From assembly GCF_006345805.1 (NCBI RefSeq), contig NC_043004.1, forward strand, positions 50,716,001 to 50,780,000: a stretch of 64,000 nucleotides of DNA, written 5' to 3'. Below the pieces are notes generated by a model. The model worked only from the letters and a program-made list of their open reading frames with translations. It did no database searches and was not told the DNA's origin. Positions 25,787 to 39,301 of this stretch are shown in pieces (the stretch's first letter is position 1; each line of letters begins with the position of its first letter). Origin of the DNA: Octopus sinensis (Eukaryota). The position numbers and the translations under genes were made by a program.

Positions 25787-26492
25787 CACTGGAGTACAAA
25801 AAGCAAAATGAACTGTGGGGCGATGGAAACTACTCTTTTCCATTACGTGATAATTGGGACATCTCTTTCAAAACCCTCTCCTGGCATAGGGTCCTAACTG
25901 TGTTGGGAACAGTAGTAATAACTGTAAAATTACTCGATATTTGACTAGTATGTATTTTATTGCCGGCCAGGATTTGATCCCGGATATACATTCACCCACG
26001 TGGTTGACAGGTTCACAGAGTGACGAGTTGGCTGGCTGGCTAAGCTGGTTTATTAATGTTGTATTTGACAAATATCTGTTAACTGGAGAGAACACATTCA
26101 CGTACATACACTTATCTCTCTATCAGAAACAGTTATAACGAGACCATCTGTCAAGTATTTCTTTTTTTTTTTTAGGCGCACATGAACAAAGACATTTGAA
26201 AAGTTATTGATATACATGTATTTCATGTGTGTGTGTGCGCCTAATATTGTAACAACGGTTAAAAACAGTTTGAATTTTCCATACATTATATATATATATA
26301 TATCACATATGCGTGTGTGTGTGTGTATATCCGCATATGCAAGTGTGTGTGTGCGCGTCCAGAAATATATAGCAGCCGTGAGTAAACAGCCTGAAAAGGA
26401 CACAATCTGTTGCTAACAATGAAACTAGTGGCTAGCCTTGTCTTCTCTCAACCTCAACATAACACACACTCACCAGCTGTCACATTGTTATT

Positions 26493-26535
<43 letters not shown>

Positions 26536-26703
26536 TCCATATATAATGTAGGTATTTATATTCGTGTATATGAAAATATATCGTATATTTGAGTATGTTT
26601 TTGTGTGTGTATATATATATATAGAGTGTGTGCATACTGTTACGAAACAAGGGTTCTCGGCGCCTGAGGGTAAAGCCATTTTTCGTCCCCATTTTAATTA
26701 ATT

Positions 26704-27068
26704 CAGGAGTGGCTGTGTGGTAAGTAGCTTGTTTACCATCCACATGGTTCCGGGTTCAGTCCCACTGCGTGGCATCTTGGGCAAGTGTCTTCTGCTATAG
26801 CCCCGGGCCGACCAATGCCTTGTGAGTGGATTTGGCAGACGGAAACTGAAAGAAGCCTGTCGTATGTATGTGTGTGTGTCTGTGTTTTTCCCCCTAGCAT
26901 TGCTTGACAACCGATGCTGGTGTGTTTACGTCCCCGTCACTTAGCGGTTCGGCAAAAGAGACTGATAGAATAAGTACTGGGCTTACAAAGAATAAGTCCC
27001 GGGGTCGATTAGCTCGACTAAAGTCGGTGCTCCAGCATGGCCGCAGTCAAATGACTGAAACAAGAAAA
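26704..27068 (+). mobile_element. SINE family B, full length
   Basis: Near-identical to 20848-21220. Confidence 0.9.
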
Positions 27069-28362
27069 ATAGTAAATAGTAATAGTATAGTCCAATACGC
27101 GCGCATGTAGGTGATTCAAAGGAGTTAATGTGCTTCTTGTCTCCTCGCCCGGAAAACCCTGAGCTGTTGAACAGGGTCACCGTTATGTTGTGAAGATGTT
27201 CTGTTCGATGAACCAATAAAAGTTGTAGCTCACGCTACTTGTTGAGCAGTTGAGTACTTTGTGAATGCACAGCGCAAAGGTGACGAAAATACAATAGAAG
27301 AACGAGGTAAGAATTAAATACATAGTTTGTCTTGGCTTGACGCTGAGGAAACTGGATTAAAAAAAAAAAAGGAATGTTTAATGTTTCGATTAAACGCGCT
27401 TTCTTCTGAAAGATAGGATAAGTCTTGGAGAGAGAATTGGAAAAATAAAAACATACGTATATCCAATGGTGGTAATTTGGGGTTAGCAAAATTTGCATAA
27501 ATATTTTCATAAAGCATAAAGAAAATAATTCAAGAGGGTGAATTGTATGAATTTAGATAAGTATGTAAAGGGAGTACTAAAAACAGAATGAAGGGTGAGG
27601 CGATGGAAACTACTCTTTTCCTTTGCGTGATATATGGGACACCTTACTTCTGCGGTCAAATTTGCCTTTGACCTTTTGGGAATCGATAAAATAAGTACCA
27701 GCCAGGTCCTGGGATTGATGATACCAACTAACCCCCCCTTCCCCACCCCCTCAAAAATGCTGGGATATAGAACTTGTGTCCAAATAAGAAGCACAGCTAA
27801 CCGCAGGCTCGGCAGCTGTGAGTTGGTTGTTCACTTGCAATTTGGAGTTTGACTCGATGCTTCATTTGACTTAACTTCGTGGGCTCATAGGACGGACCCA
27901 TCTTATCACCTATCAGAAGAGTGAGGGATTTATTAAAAATATATGAAACTCTTACCAACTTTGTCGAGTGAAACCTCCTTTCGTTTGTCCACTCACTCGG
28001 ATATAATCAGGTGTTCCGATTTCCCCCCTTATTTTCATTCTTTTTCTTTCAGTTTAAAATAATGGAGTAATAAATAACAAAGTGCTGGGAGATTTGGTGT
28101 ATGTGGTGGTGGGGTGGGACTTATGTTCAGTTTGAGCTATTTTGTAGGGCAACATGGGTTAAAAGTAAAAATTCCAGTGGGGCGCAATATGGAACGAACC
28201 GAATAGGTTGGGAGAGAATGATATTAAAACTGGCTTAGTTTTTATATCTTTCACGAGTCTAGCATTTGGATTAAACGAATATTTAGTAATCAATTAAGTT
28301 AATAACGCCATGTGCGCCGTTTACTACTCCTCACCAAATGTTACCTCGTTATTATATGTGTT

Positions 28363-28760
28363 TCTTTACTACCCACAAGGGGCTAAACACAGAGGGGACA
28401 AACAAGGACAGACAAACGGATTAAGTCGATTATATCTACCCCAGTGTGTAACTGGTACTTAATTTATCGACCCCGAAAGAATGAAAGGCAAAGTCGACCT
28501 CGGCGGAATTTGAACTCAGAACGTAACAGCAGCCGAAATACCTCTAGGCATCCCGGCCGGCGTGCTAACGATTCTGCCAGCTCGCCGCCTTCGTTATTAT
28601 AAGTGATGGCAAATTGGCGAGCTGGCAGCATCATTAGAATTTGAACTCAGGACGTCTTCTGATTTTACGTCTTGAGTTCAAATTCCACTATGGTCGTCAT
28701 CCTTTCGGGTTCGACGTAATCGACTAACTCCCTCTCCCAAAATTTCAACCCTCGTATCTG
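28363..28760. mobile_element. Head-to-head pair of SINE family A copies
   Basis: Minus copy 28363-28590, decayed plus copy 28615-28760. Confidence 0.85.
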
Positions 28761-29244
28761 TAAGTTAAAACATATGGCTCTAACTTCGTTAGTTTTGTTT
28801 TGCTATCTTCAACTTCTTTAGAGAAAGACGTCGCTACACAAAGAACATTAGAACTCACTGCTCCTCTCCCAAAGCATTTGAAATAATTTTAATTTACTAA
28901 TTTAATTAACTAATCTTTTACCGATACCGACCTCTCTGGTTTTCTCTGAATCCTCCCCTCACTTCCCGAGTCCGATTGTTTCGATATTAAATTTTTGATT
29001 TAATATGTGGTCCCTACAGATTCGCTTATACAGAAAGGCTTATCACACTAAAGAATTTTCAGAAGCATTCTTGACAGTCTTAGAATAATTCTTTTCAATG
29101 AATCGACATTTTTCACATAAGTTACTAAGCATTTTTCGAAATTTTTCACAAGACCATATATTTGCATGGCTGTGCGGTAATAAGCTTGCTTCCCAATCAC
29201 ATGGTACCTGGTTCATTCTCACAGTGCCACTTTGGGCAAGTGTT

Positions 29245-29640
29245 GGATCTTTTCGGTTTGAACGGCAGTTTTTTTTTTTTTTTTTCTAGCGGTGTCATAT
29301 GATATTGTCACCCATAATTATGAACCTAGTATCGATCTATTGCATTTTAATCTGTTTTAGGGGTGGGGGAAGGGTACCTTTCTTTTTTTTTTCAGAAATG
29401 TAAATAAACCCAATCTGTTTCTTAAACGAGGAACAGAATGTTTTCACCTTCAATAGACGTCATTGATTGGTTGAAATTGAAGAAAAAAAGCCCCAAATAT
29501 CTTACAAACTATAGAATTTTCTCAATAAAGCCAAGAGAAAAAGATGTTTTATAAACACATTCTACCAGTATACGAAGTTTAAAAGTGTTTAGTTACGTGG
29601 AAATTATTTTAAAAAACTGTCGTTCAAACCGAAAATATCT
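29245..29640. mobile_element. GGATC-terminated MITE inserted in a SINE B copy (29165-29890)
   Basis: TIR ggatcttttcggtttgaacggcag / ctgtcgttcaaaccgaaaatatct; 8-bp TSD caagtgtt / caagtgtc; subterminal sequence shared with 25186-25786. Confidence 0.88.
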
Positions 29641-30542
29641 CAAGTGTCTTCTGCTATATCCTCGGGTTGGCCAAAGCCTTACAAATGGATTTGGTAGACG
29701 GAAACTAAATGAAGTTCTTCGTATATTTATGTGTGTGTGTGTGTATCTACGTTTCCGTAACGTAGCGGTTCGACCAAAGGGACTGACAGAATAAGTTCTA
29801 GGCTTTAAAAAAAATTCCTGGGGTCGATTTGTTCGACTAAAACCCTTCAAAGGCTGCAGTCAAATGACTGAAACAAATAAAAGATAAAATGTTGTTTTGG
29901 TTTGGCTGTGTGGTTGAGAAGTTCCTCTCTGCAACCACATGGTTTTGAATTCAGTTCCATTGCGCGATACCTTAAGCAAGTGTCTTCTGCCATGTAAGTC
30001 CCCGAGCCGAGCAACGCCTTGTGAGCGAATTTGGATGACAAAAACTAGGTGAAAGCTCGTCGAGTGTCTATGTATGTATATATATGCTTATGTTTGTCCT
30101 CCTCTGTTACCACCACCTCATCGCTCGACAACGGTGTTCGTTTGTTTACGTCTCCGTAACTTGGCGGTTCAACAGGAGAGACCGATAGTGTAACTAACAG
30201 ATTTAAAAAGTACTGGGATGGCGATGTGTTCGACTTAGCCTTCAAGGCGGTGCTCCAGCATGGCCACAGTCCAGTGATTGCAACTAGTAAAGGGAGTACA
30301 CACATTTATTTTAAAAACATCCTTCCTGCTATACGCACAAGGTCAGTAATGTTGAGTGGCAGGAGGCGAGTCAATTACATCGCCCCCAGAGCCGAACTGC
30401 TTTTTTTTTTTTTATCGACCCCTGAAAGGGAGAAAGGTGGAATTTGAACTCAGAACGTAAAGCCGGAAGAAATCGCACGCTTAGCATTTTATTCGGTGCT
30501 GTAACAATGCTGCCAGCTTTCATTTTATTCATTTATTTATTA

Positions 30543-30931
30543 CTAGCAGTATCGCCCGGCGTTGCTCGGGTTTGTAAGGGAAATAACTATATAAGCATTT
30601 TTAGAGAGTTATAGCCAAAAAAGGCATTAAAAATGGGGGGAAAATGATGGTAAGTTTTTTTTTTATCGTTGACTCATCGTAGACATTTTTAGAGAGTTAC
30701 TTCCCTTATATAATAGCGAAAAAATGCATTAAAATGGAAAAAAATGATGGTAAATTTTTTTTTAAATCGTAGACTCATCGTAGACGCGCGCTAATACCCA
30801 GAAGGGCTCGATATTAATCACGATTATAAGATACCCGGTTTTGGTTAAACTGCACCGCAAAATGTGGGAGTAGTTAGGAATCTAAATCGTAGGAGACAGA
30901 CAGCACACAACCTCACTTTTATATATAAAGA
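30543..30931 (-). mobile_element. Non-autonomous Helitron, complete
   Basis: A|TC 5' end, hairpin + CTAG|T 3' end, no TSD; same family as 6051-6446. Confidence 0.92.
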
Positions 30932-31225
30932 TTATCATTGTTGTTATTACTATTTTTTGTATACTTTTTTTCTTAACTTACCTTCTTCTCCAAAAGTACG
31001 TTTCTTATAAATAATATTTTCAACTAATGAGACAACCTGCGATTAGTAAGACTAATTAATTAACCTGACTTAATTACGGCTTTATACTGTTTTATAAACC
31101 ATAAAACACCCAGGCTTCAGAGCTTCTGTAGGTATTAGCGAGGTTCAATATGTCGTTCTTGTACGATCCCTTCTGGTTCGAACTGGAGGTCCTTCTTTAT
31201 GTCGCTATTCGGACACTGTACCTTC

Positions 31226-31258
<33 letters not shown>

Positions 31259-31688
31259 GGGAGAATTAACAGGTCTAACTCATGTTTTAAGTACACCATA
31301 TCCAACGATCGTCACAAAGTTCAATATAGACTTTGTTGTGTACACACACACACGGAATTTGTGTGTGTATGAATGACGTCCGGCTGAGTGAGGAAGAGAG
31401 AACAGTAACAAATAGATATTATCTTCGCCATCACAAAGTCCAGCTATCTTCGTATCACATATGAAGTCTTTCTATAAGTTTCTGTCCAAATCTTTTAAAT
31501 TCTTAATTGTATTCCGCGTCGTGATAAGACCTACTTAGTTTTGTGTGTGTGTGTGATTGAATATATCATTACATTTTATATTTATACACATTGTTTTAAC
31601 CGACCTGCTGTAGGTTAGAACACTGTCTTATAGTCACGGTTTGTTTATAGTTAAACTTACAATGGGATTATATTGACTAATATATATA

Positions 31689-31900
31689 TCTTTACTACCC
31701 ACAATGGGCTAAACAAAGACGGACAAAGGGATTAAGTCGATTACATCGACCCCATTGCGAAACTGGTACTTAATTTATCGACCCCGAAAGGATGAAAGGC
31801 AAAGTCGACCTCGGCGGAATTTGAACTCAGAATGTAACGACAGACGAAATACGGCTACGCATTTCGCCCGGCGTGCTAACGTTTCTGCCAGCTCGCCGCC
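31689..31900 (-). mobile_element. SINE family A, full length
   Basis: Reverse complement begins ggcggcgagctggcagaaacgttagcacgccgggcg. Confidence 0.9.
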
Positions 31901-33294
31901 CTTTATATATACACACACACACACACACCTATATGGGGTTGGAGTTATAGAATTGGCTCCAGGGCTGAAAGCTTTGTGAGTCGTATTATGTGTATTTATG
32001 CGTGTGACATGCAAACGTACAAAAGACTAAGTGTAACTGCGTTCAAACGTAACACGATTTGGTAACCAAAGTAATCTCTCTCTCTCTCTCTCTCTCGCTG
32101 TAAATGTTATACACAAATTATATACAGAGGGAGAAAGAAGCAGGAGTGTGTGTGTGTAAAATATGTGCATTTGTCAGTTTTCAGTTGTTTAAAGCACGTG
32201 TTGCCGGTATCATGACCGCCATAACTGTCACTGTATGTGACTTTCTTTTGTTCATAACACAATTACACACACACGCGCGCACGCACATACATATACAGTG
32301 AACTACACGCTCTCTCCTTCTCCCCCTCTATTTCTCCCCCCCCCCTCTCTCTATTTCTTTGTTCAAATTTCTTCATAGAAATTTAATACTCACGCGCGCA
32401 CACTAGTAATAATAATATGCACACACACACACACACATACGAAGCATTTTTAAATGTAGATATCTTGTTTAAATAATTTAGACTGCGGAAATGCTGGGGC
32501 ACTTCCTTGGAAGGGTTAGTCGAACAAATCGACCCCAGCACTTATTTTTCTAAACCTAGTATTCTTCCTATAAGTTCCTTTTTGCCAAGCTTCTGAGTGA
32601 CTGGTTTATAAACAAACCCACACCGGTTGTCAAGCGGTAGTGGGGTACAAACACACTAACGAGTATATGTATTTACACAAGCTACCAAATTCGCTCACAA
32701 GGCTTTGGTCGGCCCGGGGCTTTAACCGAAGACACTTCCTTAAGGTGTGTCACGAAGTTGGACCGAACCCAGAACCATGTGGTTTGCAAGTAGGCTTCTT
32801 ACCACACAGCCACGCCTGCTTCTGTTTTACTAGTTGCTCTATGGCCATACTGGAGCTCTGTTATCGAAGATTTTTAGTTGATTTAAATTATTTTATATAT
32901 GCCAGTAATTTTTTTTTAAATAGGTAATGCAGAGTCCTTCCATTCCATCAATCCACCCGTCGGCAGTCATACCCCCATCACACACACGCTCATGCACACA
33001 GACCCTGGTTGGAATCACTGTTTATGTGTGTGTGTGGATTTTTGAACTCTGGGTGTAACTAAATAGTTGAATATATTGTCTGGCACTCCAGCGGTTCTGA
33101 CAACCCACCCCCACGTATAGAATAATAATGTTAATTATATAACCCAGTAGACAAACTGACGTGTTTTTTTTCCTTTAATTTTGGACGTGAAATACTAATT
33201 AAAGTGCATTATATAATTACGTAGTTATTTGCCGCCACCCGTGTGGAAGATAAAAGAAATAATTATTTTATTCATATTAATCACATTATTCATA

Positions 33295-34400
33295 TTGGGC
33301 CAATAGTTGACTGTATTGGCAAAGTGGTAAACAAAAATGATTTGTAGTTTTGGGTTCAATTCTCGCCAAAGTCAGCAAGCATACCACTCCACCCGCATCA
33401 CTGCCAGAAAATTATGGAATTGCACATTTTAGAAATCATCGTTAAGATGACAAGCTGGCAGAATCGTTAGCACGCCGGGTGAAATGCGTAGCTGTATTTC
33501 GTCTGCCATTGTGTTCTGAGTTCAAATTCCACCAAGCTTGACTAACCCCTTCCAGCCAAATTTCAGGCCTTGTGCCTATAGTAGAAAAGATTAAAGTGGT
33601 GAGCTGACAGAATTATTAGTGTTCTGGATGAAATGCTTAGCTGTATTTCATTTGCCATTATATTTCTGAGTTCAAATTCTGCCAAAGTCGACTTTCTTTC
33701 ATCCTTTCAGGATCGATTAAATAAGTACCTGTTATGCCCTGGGGTCGATGTAATCAACTTAATGCCTTCCTCCAAATTTGAGGCTTTGTGCTTCCACTAG
33801 AAAAAATTATTTTTATTTTTATTATTAAGGCGGCAAAATTCTTAGCAATATTTCGTCCATTTTTACATTCTGAGTTCAAGTCTCGTCGAGGTTGACTTTG
33901 CTTTCATCCTTTTACCATCAATGAAATACCAGTTTATATACTTGACTATTCCCCTTACCTCCGTATTTCACACCTTGTGACTGTAGTAGAGAGGGTTATT
34001 TAAGGAATTGTGGCTGTGAGCGGCAGAATCATTAGTACTTTGAACAAAATACTCAGCAGCATTTCATCCATCATTGTGTTCTGCGTTCAAATTCTGCCAC
34101 GGTTGACTTGGCCTTTCAGTCTTTGAGTTGATAGAAATAAGTGCCAGGATCAGTGTAATTGACCATTCCCTCCCACCAAGTTTCAGGCCTTGTGCCTATA
34201 ATAGGTTGGTGTCGTGATTACTATTATTATGATAAGGAAGTTAGGTACCTGGTAGGTCTTCAGAAATTGTGCCTTACCAGTTTTACATTTTAAGTTCAAA
34301 CTCCCTCAGGGTTGACTTTAGCTTTTATTCTTCTAAGAGGTGACTAGAATAATGACTAGTCTAAGAAATTGACTCCTCGGGCTTAATAAACTGTGTTAGA
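33295..34400 (+). mobile_element. Head-to-tail array of ~6 decayed SINE family A copies
   Basis: Repeated gagctggcagaat..ttag..ctgagttcaaattc..gacttt..ggccttgtgcc units. Confidence 0.8.
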
Positions 34401-34468
34401 AATTATTTCTTTACTTGGAGCCTGAGCTGTTAGCTTTGTTGTTAAACCCCACTTACTCATTGTTAATG

Positions 34469-34730
34469 CTGAATGACCCATAGCATAGATGCAGGACAGG
34501 TCAACTAATTTACATATTTGCTTTGATTTGACAAGTGTATGTGACCTATACTTAGAGGTAGGCCAAGTCAGCTAATACATTGGTGTTGGTTTGACACTTG
34601 TGAATGACCCACAGCATAGATGTAGGTCAGGTCAAACTAATTTATATATTGGTATTGGTTTGACAATCCAAGTGTCCCACTTAGATTTAGGTCAGGTCAA
34701 CTGATTTACATATTTGTTGATTTGACAACT
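34469..34730. repeat. Four-unit ~65-bp minisatellite
   Basis: Unit tgaatgacccacagcatagatgtaggtcaggtcaactaatttacatatt..tgatttgaca. Confidence 0.85.
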
Positions 34731-34800
34731 GACTATTTTTACATCAACACAATGATGATTCAGCAGATTTTGTATATGTTGTATGTATGTATGTATATAT

Positions 34801-35075
34801 ATCATCATCATCGTTTAACGTCCATTTTCCGTGCTAGCACGGGTTGGACGGTTCGACCAGGGTCTGGGAAGCCAGGAGGCTGCACCAGGCTCCAGTCTGA
34901 TCTGGCAGTGTTTCTACAGCTGGATGCTCTTCCTAACGCCAACCACTCCGTGAGTGTAGTGGGTGCTTTTTACGTGCCACCGGCACAGGTGCCAGGGGAG
35001 TCTGGCAGCGGCCACTATCGGTTGATGCATTTTACGTGCCACCGGCATGGGAGCCAGTCAAGGCGGCGCTGGCAT
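34801..35075 (-). mobile_element. SINE family C 3' part (ggcatccagc...ggacgttaaacgatgatg tail)
   Basis: Homologous to 59640-59825 in the opposite orientation. Confidence 0.8.
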
Positions 35076-35931
35076 ATATATATATATATACACACACACA
35101 CAGTTTTCTTTGATTCGACTCAGTTTTTTTTTTTTTTGTTTTTTTTTTATTGCAAAAGTGAAGCGCCTCCTCTACACTGTATCAGTATGTATTCTGCTAC
35201 TGCTCTTTAGGCTGGATGCCTACTTTCTGATTGTCAGAGTTTGTCTTGCTTGCAAAGTGTTATCCTGAATCACTGCTTCCCAAGACAAGACTCCATGTCT
35301 GTGATGTGTGAAGTCTGTTTCCCAAAGAACTGTTGCAGTTGATCCTGATCTTGCAATCTGGGGCAGATTATTGCTAAGGGAGTAATTGAAGGTTGGGATT
35401 TGCTAGTACACTGTGGAAGGTATGAGGCGATATTTTTAACAATCATTCCTGTGCTGAATTGTGCTCACATGTTTTTCCAACAAAGCATATATATATATAT
35501 GAAAGCGAAAGGTTCAAAAACTACCAATCCTACAATAAATACACACACGAGCAATGCAGTGACCACTTTAAAAAATAGGCTTACCTTCAGGATGGAATTT
35601 GAAGGTAGTTTACATACCCCAATATTAATTGATTTCATGCTGTTCATGAGAAAACATGCTTTGCAATCTTCAGTTGGAGATAGCAACTTCTATTTCCAAA
35701 ATATTAACTATGTCAACTCGTGTGCGTTTTGAACTTTAAACATCCCACTCTGTTGTTCATTGCATTGCTCATATGTGTATTTAATCTTAGGATTGGTGGT
35801 TTTTGAAGTTTTCGCTTTCATCCTTGGCAAGCAGTATTTTTACCCTTTTATTCAAATATTTAATATTACACCTATTAAGGTAGAAGTCTTCCTAACTGCC
35901 TCATTATTGCTGTTTTTAACAGCAATAATGC

Positions 35932-35970
<39 letters not shown>

Positions 35971-36082
35971 TGCATTCATTCATTCACTAGATTCATATGT
36001 TATTTAGTGTAGAATTATTGAGTGGTCAGAGTTTTAATTCCTGGACCAGGCAGTGTATCATGTCCAGCATTATCCGTTTCTT

Positions 36083-36305
36083 CACTACCCACAAGGGGCT
36101 AAACACAGAGGGGACAAACAAGGACAGACTTATGAATTAAGTCGATTACATCGACCCCAGTGTGTAAATGGTACTTATTTAATCAACCCCGAAAGGATGA
36201 AAGGCAAAGTCGACCTCAGCGGAATTTGAACTCAGAACGTAACGGCAGATGAAATACGGCTACACATTTCGCCCGGCGTGCTAACGATTCTGCCAGCTCA
36301 CCGCC
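36083..36305 (-). mobile_element. SINE family A
   Basis: Homologous to 28363-28590 and 31689-31900. Confidence 0.88.
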
Positions 36306-36577
36306 TATCATTTAATGTTCACTTACCATACTGGCAAGGGTAGGATGGCTTGACAGATATTGGCGAACTGCAAGGCCATGTCAAGTTCCAATGACATCTT
36401 TGGCATTGTTTCTACAACTGGATATTCTTGTTAATGCCAACCACTTTACTGGGGGGATGCTGGTGCTAATCAGTCATGTGTGAAGTGATGGAGAGGCTGC
36501 TTTTTTCTTTTTATATGTTGAATCTGTTTACATGCAAAACCCTCACAGAAATACACACACACACACATTTTTTTTCC

Positions 36578-38181
36578 TTTCTTTTATTCTTTTACTTGTT
36601 TCAGTCATTTGACTGCGGCCATGCTGGAGCACCGCCTTTAGTCGAGCAAATCGACCCCGGGACTTATTCTTTTGTAAGCCCAGTACTTATTCTATCAGTC
36701 TCTTTTGCCGAACCACTAAGTGACGGGGATGTAAACACACCAGCATCGGTTGTCAAGCAATGCTGGGGGGACAAACACACACACATACATATATACGACA
36801 GGCTTCTTTCAGTTTCCGTCTACCAAATCCACTCACAAGGCATTGGTCGGCCCGGGGCTATAGCAGAAGACACTTGCCCAAGATGCCATGCAGTGGGACT
36901 GAACCCGGAACCATGTGGTGGGTTAGCAAGCTACTTACCACACAGCCACTCCTACACCTATGTTAACATCGTTCATTGAACTCATTGGACTGCAGCAGCT
37001 GTGTTGGGGTATTACCTTCAAGAGTTCAAACAGATCAATCGACCCAGTATTTATTACAATTTTTTTTTTTTTTTTCTGAGTCTGGTACTTGTTCTGCTGT
37101 CTTTTTTGCTGAACTGCTAAGTTACGGAGGGGGTGGTAGACAAGCAAACATTGTTCATGCCAAGTGGGTAGTTTAAAGACACTTGCTCAAAGTACCACAT
37201 GAACCCAAACCCACATGGATGGAAAGCAAAGCTTCTCAACCACCCAATCATGCCTGTGCATATATATACTCTTACTCTCTTTTATTCTTTTACTTGTTTC
37301 AGTCATTTGACTGTGCCCATGCTGGAGCACCGCCTTTAATCGAGCAACTCGACCCTGGGACTTATTCTTTTGTAAGCCCAGTACTTATTCTATCGGTCTC
37401 TTTAGCCGAACTGCTAAGTTACGGGGACATAAACACACCAGCATCGGTTGTCAAGCAATGCTAGGGGGACAAACACAGACACACAAACATATACACACAC
37501 ATATATACGACGGGCTTCTTTCAGTTTCCGTCTACCAAATCCACTCACAAGGCTTTGGTCGGCCCGAGACTATAGTAGAAGACACTTGCCCAAGGTACCA
37601 CGCAGTGGGACTGAACCCGGAACCATGTGGTTGGTAAACAAGCTACTTACCACAGAGCCACTCCTGCGCCTATATATATATACACACACACATATATATA
37701 TATATCGTGATGGTGCATGACTTAGTCGTTACAGTGTTGCACTCACGATTGCAAGATGGTGGTTTTGATTCCAAGACCGGATGTTGCATTGTTTTCTTTG
37801 AGCACGTTGCTCTGTGATCGTTTCGCCATCCGACATGTGACACGTGGTGCACCTGTACAGGTAATGTTGATCTGATGGAGGGAGTGAGGTTATGTGAACA
37901 CAAACATTTGATCACTGCAAACAAATGATCTGTGTGGTTTTTCAGCAAGAAATTGCCAAACCCTCATACGTCGTCTAATGACAAGAGAGTCCAATTATAT
38001 ATATATATATATTACATAGGCGCAGGAGTGGCTGTGTGGTAAGTAGCTTGCTAACCCACCACATGGTTCCGAGTTCAGTCCCACTGCGTGGCATCTTGGG
38101 CAAGTGTCTTCTGCTATAGCCCCGGGCCGACCAATGCCTTGTGAGTGGATTTGGTAGACGGAAACTGAAAGAAGCCTGTCG

Positions 38182-38218
<37 letters not shown>

Positions 38219-38344
38219 CTGTGTTTGTCCCCCTAGCATTGCTTGACAACCGATGCTGGTGTGTTTATGTCCCCGTCGATTTGCTCGACTAAAGGCGGTG
38301 CTCCAGCATGGCCGCAGTCAAATGACTGAAACAATTAAAAGAGT
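36578..38344. mobile_element. Cluster of SINE family B copies: 36578-36955 (-), 37272-37670 (-), 38019-38344 (+)
   Basis: High identity to other family B copies; a different tRNA-SINE lies at 37709-37990. Confidence 0.9.
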
Positions 38345-38692
38345 ATATATATATAAAATAGTGATTGAAGATAGTGATTCACGCTAATGCTTACTTTACG
38401 ACTTATTGCCAACTACAGCAGGGTAAACATTTTTCTAACTAAATTGACTAAGTGAATCTCCAACTTGAAACAAATATTGTGAGATTGGAGTGTAGTTACG
38501 TTTTCATTTTCTTCTGTATTAGTGCCATAATTCCAGAATCTGTGCTCGTTAGTCCTTTTGTTATATTTCTTTTGAAATTGGTAAAGAATTTTGTTAACCC
38601 TTTAAGCATTTAAATTAGCCATATCTGGCCCAATTATTCTACCTGTTTCTGTTCACACCAGTCAGATTTGATTTCTCATGCATACCCTACAA

Positions 38693-39069
38693 TCTATATA
38701 TATAAAGCTGAAGTTGTGTGTGTGTGTGGCAGGTTTGGTAGCCTTCAACTAACGTTATCTCCTCCAAGACCCTGTGGTGCAAGTTGACCAAACTTGAGAG
38801 TATGATAGAAGAAAAAGTTCAAATCGGACCATGTTAACACCAAAAATTATTTATATCAAAAAGGTGCTTTTTTTTCTATGTAATTCCCCTATTTTTTACG
38901 ATTTTTTTTTTACTGCTGTGACGCCATTTTTCAGTGTATTTCAACCAGAAAAATGTTCACTTAAAGAGAATAACAAGCTGCATAATGCAAAATTTTTACT
39001 TTTCAAAAATTCCAATTCTAAAGGGTCGAAAAGAAAACAAACCCAAGCAATGCTGGGCTATACTGCTAG
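38693..39069 (+). mobile_element. Non-autonomous Helitron
   Basis: A|TCTATATATATAAAG start; cccaagcaatgctggg hairpin; CTAG|T end. Confidence 0.9.
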
Positions 39070-39082
39070 TGTCATTCTTTAA

Positions 39083-39301
39083 CCCTTTAGTATTTAAACC
39101 GGCCATATCCGGCCAAAATAGCTAATCTGTTTTATGTTCAAACTAACCAGATCCAGGCTCTCACACCTACCCTACAATGTTATTCTACATTAAGTAATTA
39201 CACCATCAAGATCTTGAAGATATGAGATAATGCATGATTAATTCAAATCAATGGGAATCAATAAGCATTATGTTTGATAGAATAATCTGAACACTAAAGG
39301 G
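39083..39301 (+). mobile_element. piggyBac-type MITE
   Basis: TTAA TSDs at 39079-39082 and 39302-39305; TIR ccctttagt / actaaaggg. Confidence 0.9.

Noticed and set aside
14827-27000. Apparent abundance of TGACA/TGTCA sites in the intron
   Set aside because: A rough estimate for this base composition gives about one such 5-mer per 500 bp by chance, similar to what I saw; enrichment cannot be claimed without computation.
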